A DNA stretch of 64,000 nt from Octopus sinensis (GCF_006345805.1 NC_043007.1:5952001-6016000); one strand, 5' to 3'; shown: positions 51,201 through 63,816, counted from the stretch's first letter. The notes: generated from the sequence alone by a model not told the origin. Numbers and translations are program-made.

Positions 51201-51261
51201 GACAACTGAAGAGATGTTGGTGTGGATTTCCACCTCAGCATCCGAAACTCATAGTTTTATC
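51201..51261 (+). ncRNA. Hammerhead motif, mildly degenerate
   Basis: GACAA-CUGAAGA-GAUGUUG...CAGCAUC-c-GAAAC-UCAUA-GUU-UUAUC. Confidence 0.55.
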
Positions 51262-51359
51262 TTGGCTACCGAATAATTGTCACATATTATATTTACAGAT
51301 AAATTCTCTATTTACATAATATTGAGGTTTCTATCTGTTGTTATCTTCCCGTTTTACCA

Positions 51360-51441
<82 letters not shown>

Positions 51442-52769
51442 TGGCTGCCCCCTCGTTGTCGAGTATGGCCATTGCACGAAGCTTAATCAATGTTGTTATC
51501 GTGCAATGCCTGTGCAAGAAGGGTATTTTTTACGTGAGGAAAGGCTGTGCACTGTGTTAATCCCACTCACTAAGCAACAGCAGTCATAATCCGAAAAGAA
51601 GAACAAGTCAACATCATCGGTAACCAGTTTAGGTTTGTGGTTTACTACACACTTTAGAAGTCTTCCTCGTATACCTTCTTCTGTAACCATCTGCAGGTTC
51701 TTTGTCGGAGTTATCCCAGTTACCTGAGTTACCTTCTCCTATATATAGTTTAGTAGAGTTAGCGGTTGGAATAACCGTCTAAGAATATCCGTTTTTACTA
51801 CCGGTATAAATTACCTATGTTAACCCGGGGCATGCATATATGCATATGCAAGCATACTATGCTGATAGGATATAGGCAATAACAAATAAACAAGTGTTTA
51901 TCTGGAATCAAATTTAAATTAAACAGAAAATGGATAAATTTCTTGATCAACAAACAAATTGACTATCATCGATTATTAATTTTTTAAATACAAAACTTAA
52001 ACATATCTAACAGCCGTTTCTTCTTCCAATGTGTATCAGCGCCTGCAAAGAAAATTCTGAGAACAATATTCGTCATATTTTATAGCACAGCCAATCTGGT
52101 ACATAGAGCTTCAGCAGAGTGAAGACATATACATAAAAGAAAAGAGAAGAGAAAAGAACAAGGGCTCGAGATGAGGAAAGAAGGCTAAATATATTTGAAT
52201 CATACCATTTTGCAGTGTAACGCTTGAAGTCTATGAGCAAATAACTAAACTAGAATATTAACTGGTGGATTAATCTTTCTTTAGGGATAACGGGGTGTAT
52301 AGATAATACAAAAAGTAACAAGTACTTTAGTATAACGGAATTCACCAATAGGTCTTAAAAGAGAATAGTACTTAAGATTTCGTAAATAATCAATATTTAT
52401 CCAAAGTACATGCTCATAAAATTATTACATTAATATACTTACTGATATATTTTAAAATATGTGTATGTATGTGTGTATGCGTGTATGTGTATGCATATAT
52501 ATGTATGAATATGCGTACATTTGTATGTATGTATTCTGCATATTCATGTATTTGTATGCTCATGTTTGAGTGTGTCTATGTGTATGAGTTTGTGTGACTA
52601 TGTAGCGCATCTGTTATGTATGGACGTGCGTCTCCGTATGTGTCCTTGTGCGTGTGCGTGTGTGAAGTGTGTATGTGTATATATGGCCATGTATTTCAGT
52701 CTTTAGTTGTGTGTGTATGTGTGTGTGTTATGTACCTGTCTGTTTATTTATCAGTTTACTTACATATCC

Positions 52770-53378
52770 ATATGTATGAAAGTTTACGGAGAGGAGTGTA
52801 TGAGTGGCACACAAATGGTTCAGCTGTTTCCAAGATGGCCGAAATAGTGTCGACATTGATGAACATTCTGGGAGACCCACAACCAGCAGAACTGGGAAAA
52901 ACATTGCAGATATGCGTGCAGCTGTGAGGGGTATTCCGTGACTTATCATTGGATGTGCAGATTAGTTACGGTTCAGTTCAGTCCATTATCACTGAAGATT
53001 TGGGTATGTGATGCATGTCTGCCCAGTTTGTGCCAAAACTGCTTCCAGCGGACTGAAGAGACACTCGAATTTCAGTTGCACAAGATCTCCCTGATTGTGT
53101 CGAGAAAAATTGAATCATTTTGAAAACTTTGCGTAGGCCTCTGAACAAGTATCACCAAGCTTTTGGCAAAACGTTCTGTTATGGTCAATAGGACGATCAC
53201 ACGCTACACACCTTCCTTCCAAGCACTGCTGTAAGCAGTGAAAGTGAGCTAAAATGCTAAAAGTTAGAGCGCATGCACAACAGAGATCAAGGTCAATTTG
53301 TGCCAAGCGGCATTACTCTACGTGCTATAGATTCGTTACTATAGCAACATTCTAGATATTTATTGATGAGACCACGTG
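52770..53378 (+). mobile_element. Internally deleted mariner-like element
   Basis: FQDGRNSVDIDEHSGRPTTS, ISYGSVQSIITEDLGM, FVPKLL; TIR-like end TTTATTGATGAGACCACGTG-TA. Confidence 0.7.
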
Positions 53379-53418
<40 letters not shown>

Positions 53419-53539
53419 TGTATGTATATATGTCACGTGACCGACTGGGGTATCAGAAGTTGCTATACATCGCTGGTCACAAAGCGCTACGCATTGTTTT
53501 CGTCTTCAAATGACGCCACCCCGGTGGCTAAACGAGCAG

Positions 53540-53558
53540 GCCATATATATATATATGT

Positions 53559-53654
<96 letters not shown>

Positions 53655-53715
53655 ATATATATATATATATATATTCATACACACACACTCATACATATAT
53701 ACATATATATGTATG

Positions 53716-53799
<84 letters not shown>

Positions 53800-53800
53800 G
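53540..53800. repeat. (TA)n/(CA)n cluster
   Basis: Direct reading. Confidence 0.9.
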
Positions 53801-53884
53801 AGAATTTACAAAAAATGCAAAAGACGAAGACGGTTGTGTAAACAACAACCAGATGTATTAGTTTAACGTTCGGGAAATGAGAAT

Positions 53885-53920
53885 GTCTTACATCTCGAAC
53901 CTTCGCTCTTCGGCAGAAGG
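53885..53920 (-). ncRNA. Decayed hammerhead motif
   Basis: CUGCCGA-a-GAGC-gaag-GUUC-GAGAU-GUA; several core changes. Confidence 0.35.
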
Positions 53921-54057
53921 GACCACAGAAATAAACAGGGAGAGAAAATAGAAAAAGGTATAGTAGCTAGCGATCTATCATGGCGAACCCATATATATAC
54001 ACACATATATATATACATATAAGTATAAATACATTTTTCTATTTTCTCACCCTTACA

Positions 54058-54105
54058 GTCTTACAGCTGTTTCTGGTATATTAGGGACATTCCTTCGTCA
54101 GAGAC
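54058..54105 (-). ncRNA. Minimal type I hammerhead ribozyme motif
   Basis: Helix I GUCU/AGAC; CUGACGA; imperfect helix II; GAAA; palindromic ACAGCUGU; GUA triplet. Confidence 0.7.
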
Positions 54106-54774
54106 GATGTGAGATCGTTAAATAGAGGGAAATATTGGAGTTCAATATAAGAGTTATTTAGAAAAAGGAAGGAAATAACGAGTATTAGGGAAATAGGAGA
54201 AAGAAAGTAGAAATAAAAATGTGTAAAGATGTTAAAGTAGCATGTCCATTATCCAAGGAAAATGGTGTGTAGAAGTGGTAGAAATGCTTCTTGTCCGTGG
54301 TAAGGAAATTCCGATAGGAGTTCATATTTTGTAATTACAAATGGAAAGTGTGGAGATGCAGATTCCATGTGCTGTTCATTCAAAGGTGTCTTGTGGTGTG
54401 AATGAAAAAATGAGAATGAAGTGGTAGTATTAAGTAGATAGAGAGGGCAGAAGAGATGTATATGTTAAAATGAAGAGAGAGGTCAAAGGAAAAGGTGAGA
54501 AAAGAAGAAGGAAAGGAAGAGGAAGAGAAATGAAAGCAGGATGAGAAAATGAAAAAGAAAAGAAAATTGCAAGAAAGTGAAAAAATGTTAAAAAAGGAGT
54601 GTTAGTGGGTGATCAAGATATTATGAAGTGGGATGGGTGAAGAGTAGGGAACGGGTAGGAAGAGATAAGAATATAAGTAATGAATATGTGTGAGGTGTGA
54701 GGTGGGGTGATATGTTAGAATGACAATAAGGGATGGTTACAGAAGAAGGTATACGAGGAAGATTTCTAAAGTGA

Positions 54775-55015
54775 GTAGTAAACCACAAACCTATTTCTTT
54801 ACTACCGACAAGGAGCTAAGCACAGAGGGGATAAAACAAACGTATTAAGTCGATTGTATCGACCCCAGTGCGTAACTGGTACTTATTTAATGGACCTCGA
54901 AAGGATGAAAGACAAAATCGACCTTGGCGGAATTTGAACTCAGAACGTAGAGGCAGATGAAATACCGCTAAGCATTTCGCCCGGCGTGCTAACGTTTCTA
55001 CTAGCTCGCCGCCTT
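54775..55015 (-). mobile_element. SINE (same family as 34179-34390)
   Basis: Reverse complement of GGCGGCGAGCTAGTAGAAACGTTAGCACGCCGGGCGAAATGCTTAGCGG..GTTCTGAGTTCAAATTCCGCC. Confidence 0.8.
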
Positions 55016-55777
55016 GTGCGAATGTAAACCAGAAACCGAAAGGGAAGAAGAATAAGAACGGTCAGGTTTCTATAAATAGACTTATGTGTTTATTCTACTG
55101 GCTAATGTGATGGTGTGGGTGGGGGAATCAGAGAGAAAGAAAGAAAGAAGTGTATATCGATAAACGCATGCGCACACCTATGTACATATATATGTGTGTT
55201 TATGCATTATTATATAGGTTTGCGCATCTGTGTATTTAAACCCGTACGAATGCATGCATATATTTATACACATACGCACACACTTACGTATACATATAAA
55301 TACATACACACACATACGCATGCATGTATACACACGTATATACACATACTTATACATACACACACACATACCCATAAATACATGCATATACGCATACACG
55401 TGCGCACATATACACACAAACATGCACACATACACACATATGCATATACATCCGCACATACATCCTCACATGCACGCATGCCCATATGTGTAGAAATAAA
55501 CGATTAAAATAAGATTGGAGAGATACAAAATTAATAGAAAGTCAAATAAGATTGTTGGGGATTACTTAAGAGATGTTTGGGATATGTGAGCTGTGGTCAT
55601 TTAGGTGGCATTTAGATTTGTGGTAAAATTTGAAGGTATGAAAATAAGCGGCAGTTGCATGTATCTAGGGCCTCATTATATTTATTTAGTAGTATTAAAA
55701 GCTGTATTTTAATATGTGGAACGCCTCTTATAGGCATAACTTACATGCTGAGCTTTGACCTTGGTATGGAAGCCCTG

Positions 55778-56547
55778 AATCTATTATGGATTATGACCAG
55801 ATGTAGGGAATATTTCTATTTTTACGATGATGTATATGACTGGCGAGTGTTTCTTGTATCTAGAAGAATTGAGATGCGCTGCGTATCACTGTTTAAAATA
55901 CAGGGCGGACCAAAATGATCTGACACATTTGGAGGCTTAATAAAGGCACAAAATAAGAAATAATGATAAGAAAAACTTTGTTTTCTGAATGTACAATTTA
56001 AAATTTAAATCAGCTAAATGCTTCCCATCATTGTCTGTTGACACTGTTGGAGACGTTCATGAAAGTTATCGATAACTCTATGGATCATTTCTTCTGGAAT
56101 GGTTGCTATTTCTACATATATTGCACATTTTAATTCATTAAGAGATCGAAGGTGATGACTGAATACATTTGATATTAAATATCCCCAGAAGAAGAAATCG
56201 CATTTCACCATTCCAGAAGAAATGATCCATAGAGTTATCGATAACTTTAATGAACGTCTCCAACAGTGTCAACAGACAATGATGGGAAGCATTTAGCTGA
56301 TTTAAATTTTAAATTGTACATTCAGAAAACAAAGTTTTTCTTATCATTATTTCTTATTTTGTGCCTTATTAAGCCTCCAAATGTGTCAGATCATTTTGGT
56401 CCGCCCTGTATTTTAAACAGTGATACGCAGCGCATCTCAATTCTTCTAGATACGAGAAACACGATAAATGCACAACACTCGCCAGTCATATACATCATCG
56501 TAAAAATAGAAATATTCCCTACATCTGGTCATAATCCATAATAGATT
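55778..56547. repeat. Fold-back inverted duplication: arms 55778-56103 and 56207-56547, 103-bp spacer
   Basis: Near-perfect reverse-complement arms; right arm has a ~15-bp insertion. Confidence 0.95.
55901..56206 (-). mobile_element. Tc1/mariner-superfamily transposase C-terminus plus TIR
   Basis: CDFFFWGYL..LNELK..I..EIATIPEEMIHRVIDNFHERLQQC; terminus TA-CAGGGCGGACCAAAATG. Confidence 0.8.
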
Positions 56548-58399
56548 AGCACCGTCTGCTCCGGACAAGCTCTACCGATTCTGGAGTCTTAGCAATGTCG
56601 GGCGTGTCCTAGAAACATCAAGCACTTATTCATTCTGTATTCCTGTTTTTCCTGATTTGTGAGTTTCTATCGAATGTATGCCATCACATGTAAAACAGAT
56701 TCGGCCGTCATCCCAGTCTATAAGGTAAGATCGGCCCACTGCTTTCTATTGACAAGAAAAGGCGACTAACCTACTTCTACTAAGTGGCTATGGTAAAGAA
56801 AGTTGTGTTGGACGCGGTTAAAAGGATTTGGTTAAGGATGTTCTCGAACAATGCCCACATCAAATGCTTAAAGTACACAGTTGAAGGGAGGAGGAAATCA
56901 CTCTCCTCCATTGTCTTTACAAAATATAAACACAGCGAGTCTGATGAGGCGAAATGAACCCATTTTGACTTGACGACTCTAAACAAAAGACAACAAACTA
57001 CGAGTGCGCACTTAACATTTGATGCGCGTCACCCAGAGTTTCGTGGAAGATACTCCGAGTTAATCAAGAGGAATTACTTCTTACTTGCCACCTCATCGTG
57101 TTGACATTTTGCACTTGTCATTTTTGTAGATTTCTCCTCTTTTTACCCGAAATAAATCTCCTACTGTTTTTGTTAATTGTATTTTCATTGTCAACATTTT
57201 GGGGCCTTGTCACCAATGGCAGAAATTTTTATACATTGACAGAATTTTTAGAGCATCGGTAAAAATATGTTTCGTGCAATCTTTTTCGGCTCTTCAGATT
57301 TTGAGTAGGAACCCCGCCAGGGTTAACATAGCTTTTCATTCCCTTGGGTGTCGAAATGAATGAAAGCAACTGTCAAGTAGTGGAATTTGTGGCACCTACT
57401 TATAACCTCATCTTAAAACTGCTGGCGGGGAACTAGCAGAATTGTTAAAGCATCGGGAAACATGCTTTCCAACTATTTACATTCAAATCCCCCACACAGG
57501 GTCAACTTTGCGTTTCAGCCTTTCCAGATCGATAAAATAAAGAAGCAATCAATGGTATCAACTCATCTTCTTTTCACAAATTGATGGCCTAAATCAGACA
57601 AAATGTTAGTATTATTCATAGATAACCTACCGGAGCTTTCACTGTTGGCGGTTTCTTTACATCAGCTACACTAAGGTCGACTTTACATTTTTTGTATATA
57701 TTCTTAGGAAGAAGAATCAGCTGGTCCTTTCTGGAGCACAGGTAATTCGCATAGTATGCCAAACTGTGAAAGACCATGCAAGAAAGCAGTAGGATCTTCA
57801 CTCGGAAAACATGCCAGAAGAACATTATTTCTGTCAATGGATTATTTGTAGTTTAGATGCAAATATTTCCGTATTTACTGTAATAAATATACTTTGATTT
57901 ATCTTCAAAATTGTCAACACTAGACTTCTGTTTGACGTGATCTTTCTCTCCTTGTTTCTAACACATCCGTGCCTTATAGGTATGCTTGTATAAGTGAGCA
58001 TTTGTCTAAGTGTGCGCGTGGTTGTATTTATGTTTGATTATGACGCATCAATGTTTTAAATTTGCTAACGCGAAAGTGTGTGCATGTGTACCTTTATATA
58101 TATAAGTGCTTACATACATATATACATAAATACATATAGACAAATACGCATATATAATATACGCACACGCAGACACACATACATACACATATCTATCACT
58201 CTCTCTCTCGCACCTCTCTCTCTCTATAGATATATATCTATCATGCGTATACATGCATGCAAACATACACACAGAGTCACAAGCATTTCGTCCCTCAGCA
58301 TTTACGCTTCGCCCGAGTGCGTGATCGAGGACCGAACTAGTTTTCCCCTACCGAAGATAGTCACCTTCAGCTAGTTCTAGGTTCTGGGACTGTCTCCTT

Positions 58400-58710
58400 C
58401 ATGGCTTTCTTTAGTTATCTGTGTTTCAGACCTATCTTCTGCAGATCATAGTGCACTGCTTTAGCTGAAAATCTGCGGTTGCCGACTTCAATGGAAATGA
58501 GGCCGCATGTCATCCCTTGACAAAGGCCTTGTTGACGAAGTTTTCTTTACGTGGTGAGAAATATAGAGTCTGTCCTCCCTTTGGTGGTGGTGTTTATTAG
58601 CCTTCATTCTTTGAAGATCAGTCGACTTGACAATTTCTGCAAGGGCCACGTCATATCATCACTTAAATTGACCTTCTCTCAGTGCCTTGGGGTATCCTGT
58701 CAAAATGTTG
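58400..58710 (-). mobile_element. HERO-like (R2-group) non-LTR retrotransposon C-terminal fragment, degraded
   Basis: HILTGYPKALREGQFK**YDVALAEIV and CQGMTCGLISIEVGNRRFSAK..LQKIG resemble HILxGCxxALxxGRYxWRHD and PIEVGCRGF motifs. Confidence 0.55.
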
Positions 58711-59319
58711 TTCAGTGTACAACGATTTATTTACCCTTTATTTTAAGGCTATTTGCTGTTGGCAAAAAGTCAGCTACAGCACGAAGGAGGAAGGAGAATG
58801 TTCTCTGGCCAGTGATCCAGGGTTCCTTCCAGGACAGAACGTGTCTGTTTCCACTGCATCTGTTGACCCTGGTGGGCAAGCCCTACTGCCTTCAACCGGC
58901 GATTCTCAGCTGTCGAATCACGAATCCTTTGCACTATGAGCCCTCAATTGTTCCTGGTATTGGTGTATTTATATGTGTGGGAAGATGCGTGTGTATGTAT
59001 ATGTAAGTATGTATGAAGTGAGGTTGTATGAAGAATTCTATAATACGATTAAAACTGAAAAATCCGCCATAGAAAACTTGTCTGATTCAATTTGCAGACG
59101 AAGGAATAAAGCAAAACAAAAACAGGCGCCTCCGCTTACACGTCTATGAAACGATACACTCTGTCGCAAAGGAAAGGTTTTAGCTGACCAGATTTTGTCA
59201 AAATTATTAGTTAATTAGCTGTGTTCAGATCATGGTAATCCAGCAGAAAATATATTACAAGCTTATACTTTATCTTGTTTCAAACAAGAATACATGTTTT
59301 ACTTCTTAAAAAGATTATT

Positions 59320-59480
59320 TGCGATGTGGCTGTGTGGCAAGAAGAATAGCTTCCTAAGCATATGTTTCCATGTTTAGTTCCTCAGCATAGCTTCTTGGAC
59401 AAGGGTCTTCTGTAATAGCCCCGGAGTGAACAGATCTTAATGAGTGGATTGTTTGACGGAAACTAAATGAAGCGCGTCGT
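59320..59480 (+). mobile_element. Degenerate tRNA-derived SINE
   Basis: GATGTGGCTGTGTGGCAAGAAG head; GACGGAAACTAAATGAAGC..GTCGTAT body. Confidence 0.5.
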
Positions 59481-59834
59481 ATGCATGTGTGATTATGTTT
59501 TGGGTTTGGGTTTGCTCCGCACCTTCATTTGTGACCCTGTGTTGGTTTGTTTATGTCCCCATACCTATACAGCTCGGCGAAAGTGAGAGAATATGTACCA
59601 ACCTTAAAAAGTAAGTCCCCAGTTGATTTGTTCGAATAAACGCAGAGCAGTAAGTTAAGAAAGCGAAAGATTCAATTACACACTTTAAGAGAAACAAAAG
59701 TCATATTCATAAAGTGGCCGGAGTCGGTGATCAGCGTTCGAAACACATACAAAACATTTTTTTCACATTCCTCTTCTTTCATTATTGGACATAAGAATAC
59801 TACAAACAGGTTCTCGATAATGTTTCTCATAAGA

Positions 59835-59960
59835 TTATCCTATGATCCGTCTTCAGTTTTGATGACAACTTCCATGTGGGCCCAGAACCGTTGACATTCT
59901 TGCATTAAACGGTCCTTATTTATTTCGGACATCAGATGGGAAATGGCGACCTTCAGTGAT
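59835..59960 (-). mobile_element. Tc1/mariner transposase C-terminal scrap
   Basis: ISHLMSEINKDRLMQECQRFWAHMEVVIKTEDGS. Confidence 0.5.
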
Positions 59961-60029
59961 GTTATGGTGAGGATTTCGATTATTTTCCTGGGATATGTGG
60001 CAACGGTGCTCAGCCGTACTTCGCGGTAA

Positions 60030-60412
60030 TGACCACAATGACGTTGCCGCAGAGAATGGTCAGCAACACTCGATACCTCAGTAACTTCACCTCGCGGGAT
60101 TCATTTCTCCGACGGGTCGCCACTATCCCTATTTTGCGGAGGAAATCGGCAGGACGGGGTTCCGACAGCGACCGGCACAAACCAATAGCGGCCGGCCAGA
60201 CTTCTGTACTTCATAACTTTCCTTTTGTGCATGATATGGACGGCGGGGCAATGGGGTTTGCAGCAGATGCCTCAAGGTTGGAGCTGCAGAATGTGTCGCT
60301 ACACATCCTGTCCCAGACTAGACATCCGCCTCTCGCCAATCGGAAGAGGGTTATTCTGTCAGGTGGCTTACTGTCGAAACCTGCAGGCTCATTTCTTCTG
60401 ACGGATCTAAAA
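60030..60412 (-). mobile_element. CRE-like non-LTR retrotransposon RLE-domain fragment, degraded
   Basis: NEPAGFD.KPPDRITLF.LARGGCLVWD.MCSDTF then KVMKYRSLAGRYWFVPVAV across a frameshift (RPDG..WD..C.DT and K..KY..FVPxAxE motifs). Confidence 0.65.
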
Positions 60413-60584
60413 TATATAAAAACAAACTCCAAATTCATTTGAGGAGTGTAATTCACTAATAATTTAATGTCCTCAAATACTTCTTTCATACACTCTCTGT
60501 ATACGCATACGCGCATGCATGCGTGTATTATTGTTGTTGTTGCTATTTTTATTATTGTACACAGCTTATTTTGTTGGATGTGAT

Positions 60585-60921
60585 GGAAAGTGTCACTTGT
60601 CCACTTTCACATTGATCCTGTTGTCAACAGGTCATGCTGTGTCGATTATCATACATGTTCTTTCTTTTCTTTTATTCACCACAACAATATTCCTTTTCCG
60701 ATGTTTGGTCAGGTGATCGCACTGGAATCATTGCGTCCCACAGAAATTTGCAATTCTCATTCCCGGTGACTCCTTCTGGAGTTTTCTCATACCATGCCTT
60801 TGCTCTTTATAAGCTGGGATTTCTACAGAAGTCCCAATGGATCATCCTTGCCACATTGTCATGGTGTCTTTTATATTCGCGTTGTGTGAATTTCGAGCAT
60901 TCGCTAACGATGCACAATACT
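60585..60921 (-). mobile_element. Dong/R4 family D fragment (CCHC end to RLE)
   Basis: VSECSKFTQREYKRHHDNVARMIHW, AWYEKTPEGV..NENCKFLWD, IVVVNKKKRTCMIID. Confidence 0.7.
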
Positions 60922-62326
60922 TTGAGATTACATAGACCGTATTTTATGTAGGATATGGGCAGTTTCCATGATCACTATCTTTTGATTTTCTTCCACTTGG
61001 GTGTTTCCTGGTATTTGAGCTAGGTAGCAATCAGCCCTTTTATAATTTTTAGGGTACCTATAACAACAGGTATTGTTTTAATATTCAGGTTCCACATTTT
61101 GCCAATTTCTATTTCAAGATCTTTATATTTGCTCAGTTTTTGGTAGGTCTTGACGGATCCGTTTATATCGATTGGGACAGTCATATCAATGAGGAAGCGT
61201 GACGTTTGTCTGAAGTCTTTCAATATAATGTCTGGCCTATTCGCATCTATCTTTCTGTCAGTTTTAACGGTGAAGTTCCAGAAGTGTGAGATGTGATCAT
61301 TTTCAAGCACTGGAGGTGGTTTGTATTTCCACCAGTTTTTATCATGGGGCAGGTTCAGGGCTTTGCAAATTACCCAGTAAATACATTGTATTGCTCTATC
61401 ATCCTGTTGAGGTACTCTGTAGGCGCAAGAAGACTGCACTTGGAGACAACATGCTCAATGGTTTCATTTTGTTGCTGACATACACGACATGATGGACAGC
61501 TACCGTTCTTTAAATTTGTTAGCCTGGTAGTTTCTTGTTTGTAGGCATTGATCTTGGGCTGCTATGATAAATCCTTATGTTTCTGATTTTAAGCCAGAAG
61601 CCACTAGCCATTGATGAGAAAGGGCTTTGTCAACATCGGGACTATAAGCTCTCTTTGGGTATTTGCCATTGAGAGGTTTCTCTTGCCATTTATCATTCAG
61701 AATATCTAAGGCAGCAGTTTTAGCACTGGTTTTCATATGCTTAGCTTTTTCTGTGCATGTTTCTAGTACGTGTTGTTCTGGAATTTGTTGTATTTGGAAT
61801 TCACTTACATATTCCTTTGCCTGTTTTGTTATTGAGTATGATGCTTTCTAGTTTTCCTGTTTTGAGACAAGTTTTAAGATGCAGTCTTCAGAGTTTTTCA
61901 GGTAGGTGTATAGGCTAATTGTAGCAACCTTCATTGTTAATTCCAGTTGTAAAATTCCACGTCCTCCCTCCTTTCTTGGCAGATAATTTTCTAATATATC
62001 TGCCTTAGGGTGGTGCATTCTATGCAGTCAACAATTTTTGCATTTTTCTGTCACGATTACATATTTCAGTAATTGCCCAGTTAACGATATTGAAACTGTA
62101 AGTCACGACTGGTATGACTAAACTATTGATCGCTTCGACCTTGTTTCTTGCATTCAGCACTGACTTGAGTATTGTCATTACCCTGCGATAACATTCTCTT
62201 CTGATCCTTTCCCTCATCATTGAATGCCTGATTCCGTCCCCTTCAATCACCCCTAGGTATGTGTAGCTCTCCGCTGGGTCTAATTCCTTTATGACATTCT
62301 GCTGGCCAAGATTAACGCTGGATGTT
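60922..62326 (-). mobile_element. Dong/R4 family C, 5'-truncated, degraded
   Basis: ORFs 62020-62250 (ECYRRV..NKVEAINSL) and 61020-61439 (ANRPDIILKD..LIDMTVP..KLSKYKDLEIE). Confidence 0.88.
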
Positions 62327-62340
62327 TGTTGTTGTTGTTG

Positions 62341-62405
<65 letters not shown>
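62327..62405. repeat. (TTG)n(TTA)n
   Basis: Direct reading. Confidence 0.95.
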
Positions 62406-62407
<2 letters not shown>

Positions 62408-62491
62408 ATAGTCTTATTTTTACCAAGTGCTTTCACTGAACAACGGAGTGCAGCTCTGGGTGCCTTGGGTATATGCTGTGGTTTGTTGTGA
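62406..62491 (-). mobile_element. Family A-related Dong 3' UTR stub (~85 bp)
   Basis: CACAACAAACCACAGCATATACCCAAGGCACCCAGAGCTGCACTCCG..GTGAAAGCAC..ACTATTG-(AAT)n aligns with the family A 3' end. Confidence 0.8.
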
Positions 62492-62515
62492 CCACAAAAT
62501 GAAAGCAGTCCGACG

Positions 62516-62581
<66 letters not shown>

Positions 62582-62689
62582 TGTGAGCGGGTAGGTGTTT
62601 GTGTGTGTGTGTGTGATTGTTACTACTGAAAATTAAAAGGAACCAACTAAATCAGAAATCCCTTTCGTGGAAAAGTAGGATTATTTTTT

Positions 62690-63030
62690 GCAATTATTTC
62701 GACTAATTTCACAGGTAATTAAATGTACAGTAAAATAAAAAATGGAAAAAATAAAATTACGCCATATTAATCAAAATTGACTCGTCACTTGTGTTGAACG
62801 ATTAATACAACTTACCTCCCTTAGTATTTCTTCGTGAAATCCATCTTTCACAAATGGCGTATATATTAAAGTTTGTTTTGTAAAGAAACATAACGCCTTG
62901 GGAATATCCAACGATATTCTCAGGAGAATCTATTTTCCATCTCATCAAATGCACGGCTTTAAATGTCTCTTTTTCGCTAAAATTATAGGAGACTTGTTAT
63001 AAAAGAAATATTCAGACGATATCTCTTTTA
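62690..63030 (+). repeat. Dispersed repeat, direct copy of 34715-35300 without the insert
   Basis: Shared sequence blocks. Confidence 0.8.
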
Positions 63031-63251
63031 GTTCCATATTTTTTTCTTTTTCTCAGATGACACAAGGCAACAGTTATGGCACTTTTTCTCCCAGGGCCTG
63101 ACTCTGGAGGGAGTTATCCTAATGAAGGAAGAATGGCTCGATGGAATATATTCTATCAAGCCATTTATATTTTATTTTAATTGTCGTTATCGTCGTCGAT
63201 CTTATAAGCATCATCATTATCCCTACCATTCACCTCCAGCATCTTCATCAA

Positions 63252-63448
63252 CATACATACACGCATACATACATACATACAACATATACATACATATACA
63301 TACATACATACACACATACATACATACATACATACATACACGCATACATACATACATACATACATACATACATACATACATACATACATACATACATACA
63401 TACATACATACATACATACATACATACATACATACATACATACATACA

Positions 63449-63480
<32 letters not shown>

Positions 63481-63787
63481 CATACATACATACATACATA
63501 CATACATACAACATATACATACATACATATACATACATACATACATACATACATACATACAACATATACATACATACATATACATACATACATACATACA
63601 TACATACATACACACATACATACATACATACAACATATACATACATACATACATACATACATACACACATACATACATACATACATACATACATACATAC
63701 ATACATACAACATATACATACATACATACATACATACATACATACAACATATACATACATACATACATACATACATACATACATACA

Positions 63788-63816
<29 letters not shown>
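63252..63816. repeat. (TACA)n array ~565 bp
   Basis: Direct reading. Confidence 0.97.

Noticed and set aside
56935-56995. GAGT-CTGATGA-GGC-GAAA...ACTC
   Set aside because: No helix II or helix III; probably chance
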